This document shows positions 1 through 12,297 of a DNA stretch of 64,000 bases, piece by piece. The position numbers and the translations under genes were made by a program. Every line of letters begins with the position of its first letter. The first letter of the stretch is position 1. The notes under the pieces are model-generated. The model was not told the origin of the DNA. It was given only the letters and a program-made list of their open reading frames with translations, and did not search any database. The DNA is taken from assembly GCF_037042905.1 (NCBI RefSeq), contig NW_026974140.1, forward strand, positions 434,001 through 498,000, written 5' to 3'. The DNA is from Lytechinus pictus (Eukaryota).

Positions 1-3000
1 TTCCAGAATGAACAAAAAAGCGCGAATTTTCCCTTGCAAGTGCGATGATGATGCCGCGCAACGAAAGTCCGAAACTATTTTGTGATTTTTTTGGGGGCTT
101 CAAGACGGTGGCCTCAACGTTTCACTAAATATCGTCTTTGGTATCTTTTCATAAATTAGGGTTTGTATTAAAAAAAAACAATTTTGTTCCTGAAGATTAC
201 ATACCAGTATTCGATATGTTTTCCGTTGCAATTTCAAAGAGTGAAGGGTGTAAATAAGTTTCAAATTATATAGAGGATCTGAAATCATACCTCCCAACGC
301 TCTCCTCGTCTCGTTCTACGTTTCATTTTTCTTATCTTCTTTTTCCCTCCAAAATAACCATGCTACCGACTACTGTTCGTCACAATGAGAGAAAGTAAAT
401 TATTTTCATCTAATGAAATTGTAACATCTAAATTAAAAGTGTTTTATTATGTTCCTCCATTTTATTCATTTTTTAACCGCTCTGGTTTTTTTCACAATCG
501 AAAACAAAATTAATAAATAAATCATGAAAAATTTGTATCATTTTTTGTCTCTTTCTTTTTAATCGTTCAATTAAAACAGTACAGGGGTGTTGGAGTTGGT
601 AGGAGGCGGGAGTCCACCCCCCTCCCCTTCAGGAAACGTATACAAAAAGGGAAAGTATTTCTTTTTTTATAAAGTGCTGTCATGCTCAAGAAGAAAACGT
701 TCTTGCCATTTCTTAAGCGCCTGCATGGTTTGTCAATAAACAAGTAGACATTTACATTGTTTAAATGTTACTGTCGTAATATGAAAAGCAGTATTCCTAA
801 GAGCTTTTTGTACTGCTAAATACGAAAAGCAGTAGGTCATCCTGACGAAATCACTAATCTTCATTTTATTCAGGGCGTTGGCTATTTGTTCCCTGCTCTT
901 TTTATAAGGGATTTGTTTTAGCGTCCGCCATGACTTTCTTTTGTTTGGGGAGTGCCGAGATCAAGAACTATAAGGACGTTTTCATTTTCGAAAGAGTAGA
1001 GGATAAACGGTGTTCTAAATTGCTTTATTCTCTATTTATTTCCTTTGAAATATAAAGAAGACAAAAATAATAGCAATAAGATGAGAGAATGAAAGAACGC
1101 AGGGGGGGGATGGGATTCAAAGTGCACCAGGGGCACTGGAAAGCTACTGAAATCATTATATGTGACTGGCAGATGATTTTTTTTTTTTTTTTTTTTTTTT
1201 TGGGGGGGGGGGTTATTGCGCATTTGTCAATATAAAGTGTAGTAGTCTACATGTATTTAAATACATGTATTTTAAAACGGTACCAAGGGATTGTTTTTTC
1301 GTTTTCCCTTTCCCTGGTTTCTAACCTGTAACTGAATGTATTATCTACCGCTTTCATTCCCTTTCCTATATCTAATGTATGTCTATATCCCCTCCCCCTT
1401 AGTTCTTCTCATTTAAATGATATATGTATCGTCTTCCTTCTCCCCGATTTGGATTACGAGGTATATACCCGCCCCATCCCCCTCTATCCATTCTCTCTGA
1501 TTTATTTCTTCTCAGTACCTGTCATTTTACATTACTTCTAACTCCCCCCCTCTCTCTCTCTTTCTCTCTCTTCATCGGAAATCGTTCCGAGAGTATGCCT
1601 CGATTTTGCCAACTTGTATTGATCAGATATTGTTGCATTTGTGAGCCTCTCATCCTATTGCATCGTGGCCATCATGTCGAAAATTTAGGGGGGTTTTCTC
1701 CCAGGTTCTCAAAAAAAGTCCCGAAAAATCTTTTAAAACTACTACAGTATTGTAACTGTCATTTCACAATAAATTTTATATCATCTTCCATTTCCAATAA
1801 CGTGGGTAGATATCTATCGCAAAAGAAAATGCACGACTAATCTATTTTTTGTGAACTTGGGGCTAAAGGATATGGCAAGACAGAGGCCTCCATCTTTCAC
1901 TAAAAGTCATTTTTTTAAAGATTTTTTTTCGTAAATTATATGTCTCAATTAATTCAATTTGCCACGCAGCTATTGTAATAGTAAAATAATTTTCTTCCTG
2001 AAGTTTGCGCACCAGTATTCGATTTGTAATATCCTGAAATTATTTCAAAGTTACACGAGTACGAGTGACTAAAATTGTAAGTCTGAAATCATACCTCCCG
2101 ACTCTCTCCTTGTCACTTTCTACGTTTCTTTCTTTATTTTACTTTTCCCTCAAAAAGAGCCATGCTAGCAACTACTAAAAGTAAGAGAAATGATTTTTTC
2201 TTGAATAAATTATAACATCTGCAATTAAAAGTGTTTTTTATTTGTTCTTTCGTTTTGTTCTATTTTTTATGTGTCTCCTTGATTTCACAACCAAAAACAC
2301 ATGAAATAATCATGGTAATAAATAAATCATTAAAACAAATCATAATAGTAATAGTATATATAAATTTGTAATTTTTCTTTTAGCCGGTGCACTCCCTCCA
2401 ACTATCGGCTCAACCCCTCCATTATCAAAAACGCTCAGCGGCCCCTGTTTTTTTTTTTGTAAGAAATAAGATATTTCGGTTTTGATGCTAACCAGGGTAA
2501 GCGACCCAAATGTTTGTTTGCAGTAACGGGAACAAAAACGGGTGGGTCGGATTTTTTCTAAATGAATCTTTTCTACCACGCTTTTCGCCGGTAAAAAAAA
2601 AAAAAAGAAATTGGCGAAAAAAAACCCAGAAAATCGGAGAGAGGAGACAAACAAGCAATATTAGAGTGCAGGTCAGAACATTTCTATCTGGAGGGGGAAG
2701 GGGTATGTCAAACAAGAATAATAAAAAAAAAAGTCATCAGTTTGACAAGGGTCTGAAGACCGAGTTGCAACAAACAAACGTTGTGGGATTTTTTTTAGTA
2801 ATCTATAACCAAAAATAAAGTCATGTTGTTATTCGTTTAAGTGGATATTCATGGATTTTAGCAAATCGCACTTGTCTATTAACCCTTTTATTCTCTGTCT
2901 CTCATTCTCTCTCGTTCTCCGTGACATCTGAACATTTTTTTCTACAATTTCCCTAAATGGTTCTTCTTTCATCCTTATATGCATCATCACCAAGGGGAAG

Positions 3001-3993
3001 CGCTTTGAATCACTGACGGATGTCATAAGCACCTACGAGTTGTTGGTAAATGAGACAAAGTTTGTTGTTTTTAGTTCCGGTATGTTGGTCGAAATAAAAA
3101 AAAGTATTCATAAAAGCTTTTTGTATTGCTAAGTACGAAAAGCATTCAATAAGTCATCCTCTCGATAAACACTAATCTTCCTTTTGTTCGGGGCGTTGAC
3201 CATCTGTATCCTGCTCTTTTCGGAAGGATTTTGTTTGAGTGGCCGCCCTGACCTTCTTTTGTTCGGGTAGTGCGGATATCATGAAAAACATGGACGTTTT
3301 CCTTTTGAAAACAGCATAAGATGAATGGTGCGCTAAACTGCTTTATTTTCTCTTTTTTTTTTTTACAGAATAGTAGACAAAAATAATGAGAAGAAGAGAG
3401 ATGATTATATTATGGGGAGTGAAAAAGTTCAAAAGTGTACCGAGATCAGCTCAAAGTACTAAGACATTACTCTCGTACAAGCTTTTCTGTTTTTCTGAAA
3501 ATACAATCGATCGATGAAACCGAGGAGATATCATTCTAGAGTGAAATGTCCTTGATGAAACAAATAATAAGACGGAAATGGTGAATAAACGCGTAGCTTA
3601 TTACGTGACGATCTTGCAGAAAAGATGTTGGTGTACGATATGGATCAAATCACGTGATCCGAACATGTCACGTGATCAGGCCTTTTGCGCGCGCGTACGT
3701 GCTCGTCACCAAATTTATTCGTCCCCGTCTGAATCCAACGAAAAAATCGGGTAAAGTTGAAATGATTTCCTATTTTCGGGATTTTTCCCCACGTAGCTGT
3801 ACATTTTTTTCATTCTGTTATCGAAATAGGTTTATAAAGGAAATAATGGCAGAGGTTTTAGTACATAACAATTACGAAAAAGCTGAAAAACTTCATCGAA
3901 TTAGACCAAAAAAATCTCGGCTTCTGTAGAAGCCCGTCGTAGCTAAGTGAACAACTCGCTGGGCTTCTGTGGAAACCCGTCGCACGCAAAGGG
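1..3993. mobile_element. Right part of a piggyBac-like DNA transposon (other end outside the window)
   Basis: Ends ...CGCACGCAAAGGG|TTAA (3991-3997), i.e. TTAA-CCCTTTGCGTGCG on the minus strand, the typical piggyBac terminus and target site. A subterminal repeat GGCTTCTGT..AA.CCCGTCG occurs at ~3919 and ~3962. The left extent is assumed and no transposase is recognisable. Confidence 0.55.
90..3470 (+). repeat. Old diverged direct duplication (~90-1160 vs ~1860-3470, second copy with insertions)
   Basis: Collinear blocks, e.g. TCTGAAATCATACCTCCC at ~278 and ~2082, and AAAAGCA..GTCATCCT..CACTAATCTTC...GGGCGTTG at ~825-970 and ~3138-3290. Confidence 0.8.
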
Positions 3994-4107
3994 TTAAATA
4001 CTTATATTAGATATGTAATTTAATATTTGATACGATATGTTTACGAATACATTTGTTATGTATATTATGTTATTTGTTTAAAAAGTGAAATAAAAAGATG
4101 AATAAAT

Positions 4108-4430
4108 AGTATTAAACAATCCTAATTCCACATGTTCAGTGAGTAATAAGTCGTTTTTTAATTTGACAATGTGGGGGAAAATTAGAATATTTCATATTTC
4201 AAATAATAAAATACAAAAGAAATAGTGATTGGATGATATCATCAGTCTCCTCATTTGCATACAGACCAGGATGTACATATAACTGTTTTGTGAAAGTAAT
4301 CCCAACTTTAAAATGTAATAACTTTCTTATTTTACATCCGTTTTTGATGAAATTTTGTTTTGTTATGCTTGTTGGATTTTTCCCCTGTTTTATTCATATC
4401 AACTTTTTGTTGGGGTGGACTTGTCCTTTG
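4108..4430. mobile_element. Partial Kolobok-like MITE (same family as 39828-40418)
   Basis: Matches the right half of 39828-40418 and ends GGGGTGGACTTGTCCTTT. Confidence 0.8.
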
Positions 4431-4808
4431 AAGTCGGGCTTTCTTTCCGTGATTCCGTCATTCTTAGAGAGATGGCCAATTGTAAAACTTATACTGTCTC
4501 GAAGCGGAGCAGATGCTCTTACTCGTCTTCAATTCCATTTCGATCCAATAAAGTAATGCATGGACTGATGAATCTGTTCGCTCTCGGTCAATGAATCTCA
4601 ACCATTGCTTTCTATCGTCACTGCTTAATGCTCTCTCTATTAAAAAGAAATAATATGATTGTTGACCATATGATTCGCTCTACCTACTTCCTGCAGTGAG
4701 TTGTAGCTTCTCCTGATAAGATGGACAAGGTAACAAAATCGGCCATCCTCTCTATTCTTGAGAGGTCGGAGCTTCCCCAAGTCATAGACAATAGCATCAG
4801 CTACCAAT
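4430..4808 (-). pseudogene. BEL/Pao LTR-retrotransposon gag, 3' half
   Basis: Minus-strand translation LVADAIVYDLGKLRPLKNREDGRFCYLVHLIRRSYNSLQEVGR...DRKQWLRF continues the gag frame interrupted at 8465; contains frameshifts. Confidence 0.8.
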
Positions 4809-5174
4809 TAGTCGATTTGACACTTTCCGAACCTAGAAATGTTTTTTCCGATGAAGTTTTTTACTTGATTTGTGTTCCTATGGGGTCCTAGAACAAATTC
4901 AGCTCTGTTGCCCAAAGTTGCCGTTTGGGCAATTTTGCTAATTTGCATAAATCCACAATGGCCGCCACATGCCATCTTAAAAAACTAACTTTTGAACCCC
5001 TTGCCCTAAAATGATGAGGAAGAACTCCTTTTATGGGTTTAGGTGTGTGTCGAATCCATTTCTATTATTATTTTTGCAATATAAGGTCATCTTCAGGTCA
5101 AATCCAATATGGCCGCCAGATGCCATCTTGTAAACTTGAATTTGAACCCCTTGCCCCAGAATGATGAGCAATAC

Positions 5175-6197
5175 CTTTGTATATAACACCTTCTTCTCTC
5201 TCACTGTAACCAAGCAAGGAACTCTACGCCTGCTGCCACCAATATGTACTCATCTTTGGAAAATGTTCTGCATACCAAGAATGCTATATGGGATTCAGAT
5301 TATTCAACTCACCAACTACATGCTGTCCCGTTTGAACAAGGCTCAAACATTTCTTTTTAAAAGTGTGCTTGGTTTGCCAAGGAGTGCGGCGGACGAAATT
5401 GTTTATTTATTGCTCGATATCATCCCAATGGATAAGCGAATCGACTATGAAATTCTTCTCTTACTTGGGCAATATGCAAGCCTTTCAGACGAGCGCACTG
5501 AGAGAAGAATCCTGTTGAATGGTATAGCATACAATACACCCTTGGTAAGACGCTGGATAAAAATCCTCAATAGTTATGAGCTTCCAAGTCTCACTAACAT
5601 CCTTAGAGATCACATTCCATATCAAGTATGGAAGAAGCTAGCACTGGGAAAAATGTATAAACAACACTATGCTGCCCTTGAAATTGCAATTGCTAAAAAA
5701 TCTTCTCTAAGTCTATGGTCGGGCATGACCCTCTCCTGAGGGAAGCTATGTCCATCAGAGCTCAATTATCCTGCAGTACATACCCAACGAATAGAAGGTT
5801 ATTCTCTCTGAATCAAAGTACCACAAAGTCCTGCAAGTTCTGCCACTCCGAACTGGAAAGTGTTGTACATTTTGTTGGAGAATGCCCAGCGTTTTGCACA
5901 CACAGGAAAACACTTCTAAACTTAATAAAAGAAGACGAGGAACTGCAGTATTTTTTTGTGCATTTCAATGATCAAGAACCTCAACAATTTACCGCTTCCG
6001 TCCTGTTTCTTCATGACGTCGAATTAGCAGACTCCTCCAGAAACGACCTCAACCTACTTGTCTTAAATTTCTTGCATAAGATTTACCTCTCTCGGTCTAC
6101 CTTACTCTCACGTCAAAATATGTAACGCTAATATTAATGCAGTATTAAACTGCGGATCTCCGATACAGCGGAGGAAGGATACAGAAGAAGAAGAAGG
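5175..6197 (+). mobile_element. 5'-truncated non-LTR retrotransposon (RTEX-like ORF2 C-terminus)
   Basis: ORFs 5161-5739 and 5715-6125 resemble the post-RT region, with the zinc knuckle CKFC-x7-H-x4-C, followed by a short 3' UTR and a (GAA)n tail at ~6184-6197. Clade call is tentative. Confidence 0.7.
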
Positions 6198-6199
6198 CA

Positions 6200-7415
6200 G
6201 TCTCTAAAGCAAATTTGTACAGATGAAGGAGGATGGCGCTGAAACAGGTTCAGATAGTGATGCTGCCCTAGCCTTCCTCCTTGGTCTTTGGCCTGCCAAG
6301 TGCCAATGTAGCATTCTGATTATTTTCTGACGTATTGACCCCTGTACTTAGTAGCTCTCCATAGATGACGACTATCATCTACATCTTCAAAAGTGTTAGT
6401 GTTTATGCCGGCCAAGTTTTATGTCACGTTTGCAGATGTGTTTATATCAGAGGTGTGATCTATCTAGAGACCAATCACATAGCTCACCTTACATTGGTGA
6501 ATCCCTTCTAGGATTTGCCAAAGTTTCATGCGGCGAACATGCCCCAACCACTTGAGGCACCTTTCACTAAGAATCGAGAATAAGCTGGTGATGACAGCAT
6601 GCACGTACGCTGAAGTGCCTTATATTTTTCACTCTGTCCTGCCATTTCATGTGCAGGATACGTCCGAGGCAGCTGACATGGAAGGTGTTCAGCCGCTTTT
6701 ATTGATCGGCGTACGTTTTCGAGGACTTATTTCCGTTCAGGAGCTTGGCCATGGCTGTGACAGATATTCCCATCCTGGTGCTTATCTCCTTGTCCAGTGA
6801 AAGGGAACTAGAGACAGATAGTCAATCTAAGGTAGGTGAGGAGTCCACCACAACCAGACGAGTGCGTGCTGTTGATAGAGATATCTGGAGGACAGTCAGT
6901 GTCTTGAGTCTATCAGGATTTCTGTCTTACAGGCTGATGGGTGATCCAAACTCCTTACATGCACAGGACAGGTGGCTGTATTGCTAGGTCTTGTAGGCCT
7001 ACTACGTCCGCTTCTTTATAAAAAGGCAGGGCGACGTCACGTCGTTACCGTACAACATCTTACGAATGAGAACCATCGTGACCATTGTTTTGGCACGAAG
7101 CCGGTCGATGTTGAAAAGTTTCCCATCTGCTCTGGTACGGATATACATGTAGATGCTTTCTCTGCATCCGCCAAATGCATACTGAGGGAGCATGAAGAAG
7201 AAGATCCCAATGAGTGTCAGGGCCAGGCACAGCATAATTGCTTCACGCCACTGCTCACAGGAATTGAGGGAAGCTACCAGATGTTCCAGCATTGTAGCAA
7301 ACTGTGCTCATGTAATGATGTGACCATGGATCAGTCTTGGGGAGCCTATCTTCTACAGGAGGCTAAAAAGTGCACTCGTGCTGACCAAGTCAAAGACTTT
7401 TGTCAGGACGAATAG
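6200..7415 (-). pseudogene. Decayed RTE-clade LINE reverse transcriptase fragment
   Basis: Minus strand gives LTKVFDLVS...LL*KIG and YIRTRADGKLFNIDRLRAKT...IRKMLYGND, degenerate forms of the RTE motifs LTKAFD and GKLFNLRRL..LLFADD. Confidence 0.8.
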
Positions 7416-8464
7416 TCCAGTGATTATTATAAAGGAAGGTAATAAGTTAACCAATTTTCTGAAAAATACGGATTTATCACTTTTTAATAAAAAATAATAG
7501 GGCCTACTTTTAAGTCATTTCAATATAAAAATATGGCTGGACATAAAAAAAATGATGAGAACTCCCGAAATGGGTCATAGCCCAAACCTTGAATGGTTCC
7601 ATTCTAAGGTGAGCGGTTAATGCCGAAATATATCAACCATCTGATCATCTGAGACCTGACTTGACCACTAAAAGTGGAGAAATTAAAATAAATTAATCAT
7701 TCTTACTGAAATACCCTTCCATGAGCTCATACACATAATAGCAACCCTCTTTAGGACAGCGTGTACTTTTTGGGGAGAGTATCTTCAAGGTTCAAAGTTC
7801 AATAGTCTCGGGAAGTAGTTTTTTTAATATGGCGTTTAGCGGCCATCTTTTTTTTATCTGAATGATCCTATATTGCAATATTATTACCAGAAATGGAATC
7901 AACATCAAATAACACACGAAAAGAGGTATTATTCATGATTCTTGGACAAAGGGTTCAAAAGGTATTTTTTTCAAAATGGCGTCATCTGGCGGCCATTTTG
8001 GATTTGACCTGAAGATGACATTATATTGCAAAATAGATAGCGGAAAGAGATTCTACACACCCCAAAACCCCTAAACAGAGGTATTACTCGTCATTCTGGG
8101 GCAAGGAGATCAAAGGTCAATTTTTCAAGATGGCATCTGGCGGCCATCTTGGATTTGACCTGAAGATGACCTTATATTGCAAACATTATAAAATAAATCG
8201 ATTCTACATCCCCCTAAACCTCTAAAAAGAGTCTTTACTCATCATTTGGGGGCAAGGGGTTCAAAAGTTAAGTCTTTAAGATGGCATGTGGCCGCCATTT
8301 TGGATTTATGCAAATTAGCAAAATTGCCCAAACGGCAACTTTGGGCAACCAAGCTGAATTTGGTCTAGGACCCAATAGGAACACGTTTCAAGAAAAAAAC
8401 TTCATCGGAAAGAACATTTCTAGGTTGGTGTATTGAGCCTATGGGACTGTCAAATCGACTAAAT

Positions 8465-9195
8465 CTCGGGTCTCCGTAAATGTTGTCAAGATGAGACCAT
8501 GCTGAGTCGTAATCGTTCCCCAAACCACGTATGAGATCAAGAGGTTTTCCTATAAAGAGAAGATCTCAGAATTTTGATAGCATCTCTATTGCTATACCTC
8601 GAGTCGATTAAATTCTTAAAATCGGATTTAAATGTCATGTAATATCATACGTCTCCAGTAAATCGAGGCAGCTTTGGTCGCTCTACCTGAATCTTTCATG
8701 ATGAAACATCTTCCGATTTACTGGTAATAACTTCGGGAGAAGCGGTGTTTACAACTGAATTCTCTGTTGACCTGTCAGACCTAACTTTAGTCTTGCCATA
8801 GTCCTTAACCTTTCTCTGCATGTAAATAAATGATGTCTGGCACTCAGATAGCCAGGCATCCTCTGTCATGAATACCTCAAAATCTACGATTGTCTCACAG
8901 TACCGTTTGTGCCTGTCCTCCGATTCCTGATAAGCAACATTTAAATCCTTAAACATATTAGTTACCTCATCAAGATCCCTGCCATCGTCCAGTAAATGTT
9001 GCAAACCATTCGACAGCCGAGTTAGTTTCGCCTTTGCTGTTCTCCGCTTGAACTTAAGATCATTGGATGTTTGTTCAGATACCATTTCTTCCTGAATTAT
9101 AATCCAGATCAGGTAATATAATCAAATGCGATGGATATTCGAAAAAAGGAACACTAGCCGTTATATGATATCCCGCCGTACTGACATAGTTCGTT
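8465..9195 (-). pseudogene. BEL/Pao gag 5' half (DUF1759-like) with possible PBS
   Basis: Coiled-coil ORF 8696-9085, then VERPKLPRFTGDV*YYMTFKSDF...GKPLDLIRGLGNDYDSAWSHLDNIYGDPR. A degenerate PBS-like TGTCAGTACGGCGGGAT lies on the minus strand at ~9170-9187. Confidence 0.8.
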
Positions 9196-10399
9196 GTGAA
9201 ACGTATATTTATTTGATCTGTTTGAACAGCATAAAAAACAATAATAAGTATTTGTTCACATAAATTAATTCATGGTTCAGTTTACAGCATATAAAATAAA
9301 ATCGTTTTATCAAACTTGTTTCATGTGTAATAATTTCATTGCTGTTCTCATACATGAGCAATTTCCAATGTCCTTAAACAGTATAATTATAATGATAAAA
9401 ACCGCATTGTTATCGAACTAATGCTAATGATTTAAAGTCTGTTTACATAAGTTTGTTTGATAAAATAATAAACAGAGATGATATATATTTCACTCCTTTT
9501 AGTTGAAATTAGTCATACCTTTCTTACATCAATTCGCTGTTTAGCTATGCACACATTGATTTAAATAGCTTTGCTTATCTTGCATAGACATAATTCAATC
9601 CAATTATAACAACAAGGCAAAGCTTATATGAATTTGTTTCTTATTCTTTTCACAAACAGTAACAATTGGTTACTACATTAAATCATTACTTTGTCAGCAG
9701 TTGAATTAGGACACGTATTTTCGTATGTAAATGTAAAAACAATTACCAAATACTTTTCTTAGTATACATCAATGAAGTTAAACATTCATTTGATTCTGAA
9801 ATGATTTGATTTTAAATCCACACTTGTTTGATTTAGTGTCAATATATTTTATATCTATTAATACGAATAATATTCTGCCCTGTTATATCAAAATCACAAT
9901 ATCATATTTCTTTTCATTTTACAAATAACAAGTTCAGAATAAAATATTAAATTTTGGTGGATCAACGCTTTCAATTCAGCATATAATGACTCTAGATAAA
10001 ATAACTGAAAACCGAAAACGAAAACCGGACCGACAACCTAAGACATTATAAATTGAATTTACCTAACTTGTCTGACAAATATGAAATAAATAATGGAATG
10101 AATGATTTCTAGAACGCTTACTCTTTTCTGGCGGGACATAAAACCACATTTATCTGTGAGTGAAACAACAAAAAATTTCGCCAAAACTGCGGAGGTCGAT
10201 ACAAGCATCTGACTCCTAAGCCTTTCAAAATAGAGTGCGACACATCAACGTTGTACCTATGCATAGAGATTTCCGCTCAGCAGACTTAATTTGCATAACC
10301 AAAAAAAAAAAAAGATTCATCTATGGTATCCTAAATCAATGATAGGAAATAAATTCAAATATTTCAAATATTGGTATTAAATTCAAACAATATTTTTGC

Positions 10400-10820
10400 T
10401 GGGCGAAACACCATTTTATCCAACATAAATAAGATTATGGGGTCTTATATTGTTTTTTTTTTTGCTATTCATAATTTTTAAATAACTGGGTCTGGCTGAA
10501 AGACTACGGTACGTTTCCCTGTTATTCAACATTAATAAGATTATCTGGTCTTTATACTGTTTTTTGTTGGTATTGTTATTTATCATTTTGAATAACTGGG
10601 TTTGGGGAAAGACTATGCTATATTTTTATGTTATTCAACATTACCTAGAGTGTAGGGTCTTTGTTTTGTTTTTTAATATTTTTTTATTTTAAGATATTCG
10701 GGTCTGGAGGAAAGACTACAATCTATTTTCATTTTATTCAACATTAATAAGATTGTGTGGTCTTTTTTTTTTTGACATTTGTTGAATATTTAAAAATATC
10801 CCGGTCCGGAGAAAAGCGTT
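10400..10820. repeat. Diverged tandem repeat, ~105-110 bp x4
   Basis: CAACATTAATAAGATT..GGTCT recurs at ~10421, 10527, 10637 and 10739. Confidence 0.75.
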
Positions 10821-10924
10821 TGCGCCTATGTGCTGTATTAATGCATTACTAATGGGTTTTAGTTTACAACAAACTTATAAAAAATATCCCTTCAAATTTA
10901 TAAAATTTGTTGGTGATAAAAAAA

Positions 10925-11142
10925 TTAAAGAATTTTTGGGTAAAGTGCATTATTACAATTGTGGGTAAAAGTAATACATTTGTGGATAAAGTGTTATTAC
11001 ATTTGTGGGTGATAAAACAATTATTACATTTGTGGATAAGTGCTATTACATTTGTGGGCGTTATTACATTTGTGGGTAAAGTCTTGTTACGTTTGTGGGC
11101 GTTATTACATTTGTCGGAGTTATTACATTGGTGGGTGTAACA
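10925..11142. mobile_element. MITE end with ~20-25 bp tandem units (TATTACATTTGTGGG) and TGTTACA terminus, Ginger-like
   Basis: About nine units ending ...GGGTGTAACA; the other terminus is not seen. Confidence 0.5.
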
Positions 11143-11187
11143 GGGTCACACTTATTTCACATTAAATTTATATGTGTATGCATATAA

Positions 11188-11568
11188 AGGCGACCGCACA
11201 CCTTAAGATTGGTCTGTGACCCGATTTCAGAATAAAATGTAGTAGAATTTGACGCTAACATTGAGACTTGGAATATCTCACTGTGTAATGTTCTAAATTA
11301 TCGTACCGAATACCTATATTCAAATCTCTGACTATGCTATCATCCTTAATAAAAGCAAATTTAACATCTATTGGCTACGATTTTAAACTAATTTGGCCTT
11401 TACTCCGAAATAAAAGCTTGCTATCTTTCAAAATGGTTATATTAGTATTCTTTCAATTAATTTAAACATCTAATAAATGATATGTTCCATTCACATTTTC
11501 AGAAAAGGAGCAAAATGCGATTTGTTCCAAAATCGGATCGCGAACAGTCGTAAGGTGTGCGGTGGCCG
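11188..11568. mobile_element. PIF/Harbinger-like MITE
   Basis: TIR AGGCGACCGCACACCTTA / TAAGGTGTGCGGTGGCCG, flanked by TAA on both sides. Confidence 0.75.
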
Positions 11569-12084
11569 TAATATACACATTTAATTGTACATATGTGGAT
11601 CGAGCTTTTGCGAATAAGGGGGGGTTCATTTTCATTTTCCCCAAACGGCTGCTCAAAGCTGATTATAATTTTTTTGTTTTTTCAAGGAGGACTCCGAACA
11701 GTGACTTCTTGGGTTTATTTTTATAAACAAGAAAGCTGTATCTCATAATCCCTGATTGAATAATGCGATCGCGAGAAGCGAGCTAAATTTTATAGAAATT
11801 TCAGGAATTTTGTCCTAAAAAATGAACATTCTGAGCAATTTTTGTGATTATGAACAAGACGCGTATTGAACTTATTACTTCGAACGCGAAGTGCGAGCTG
11901 AAATGTTTGATAAACTGTCATAAAGAGAGATTTACAGTAATTTGTGAGAATTCATATAGAAGTAGGCCTATACATACTAATGAAAATGCGAGCATGCAGT
12001 GCCAGCTGATAAGTTCTAACGATCACACCTTAAAAGGAATATTTTGAGAACTTCATGGAAGGCATGAATAGAATAAGTACTTCA

Positions 12085-12297
12085 AACGAACCATATTTCA
12101 TTTTCGGATTAACGAGCCTTATTTTTTATTTGGACTAACGAACTTTCGGATAAATGAACCTCATTTTGCTTTCGGACTAACGAACTATCGGACTTATGAA
12201 CCTTATTTCGTTTTTGGAATAACGAACCTTCGAAATTTCGAACCTTCGGAATAGTCGAACCTTCGGAATAACGAAGCGTCGGAATTACGAATGTATG
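12085..12297. repeat. Short-unit repeat (AACGAACCTTCGGAAT) forming a probable MITE end
   Basis: Many 14-30 bp degenerate units ending GGAATTACGAATGTATG. Confidence 0.6.

Larger units (their letters stand above)
4809..8461. mobile_element. Academ-like non-autonomous TIR element with nested LINE fragments
   Basis: Termini TAGTCGATTTGACA...TGTCAAATCGACTA, TIR >300 bp with AATGGCCGCC-containing subterminal repeats, and a 3-bp TSD AAT (4806-4808 / 8462-8464). TAG termini with a 3-bp TSD fit Academ. Confidence 0.8.

Noticed and set aside
10940..11140. Short direct repeats resembling a CRISPR array (also 12085-12297 and 14200-14390)
   Set aside because: Units are contiguous and degenerate with no unique spacers, there are no cas genes, and the context is eukaryotic; these are MITE subterminal repeats.
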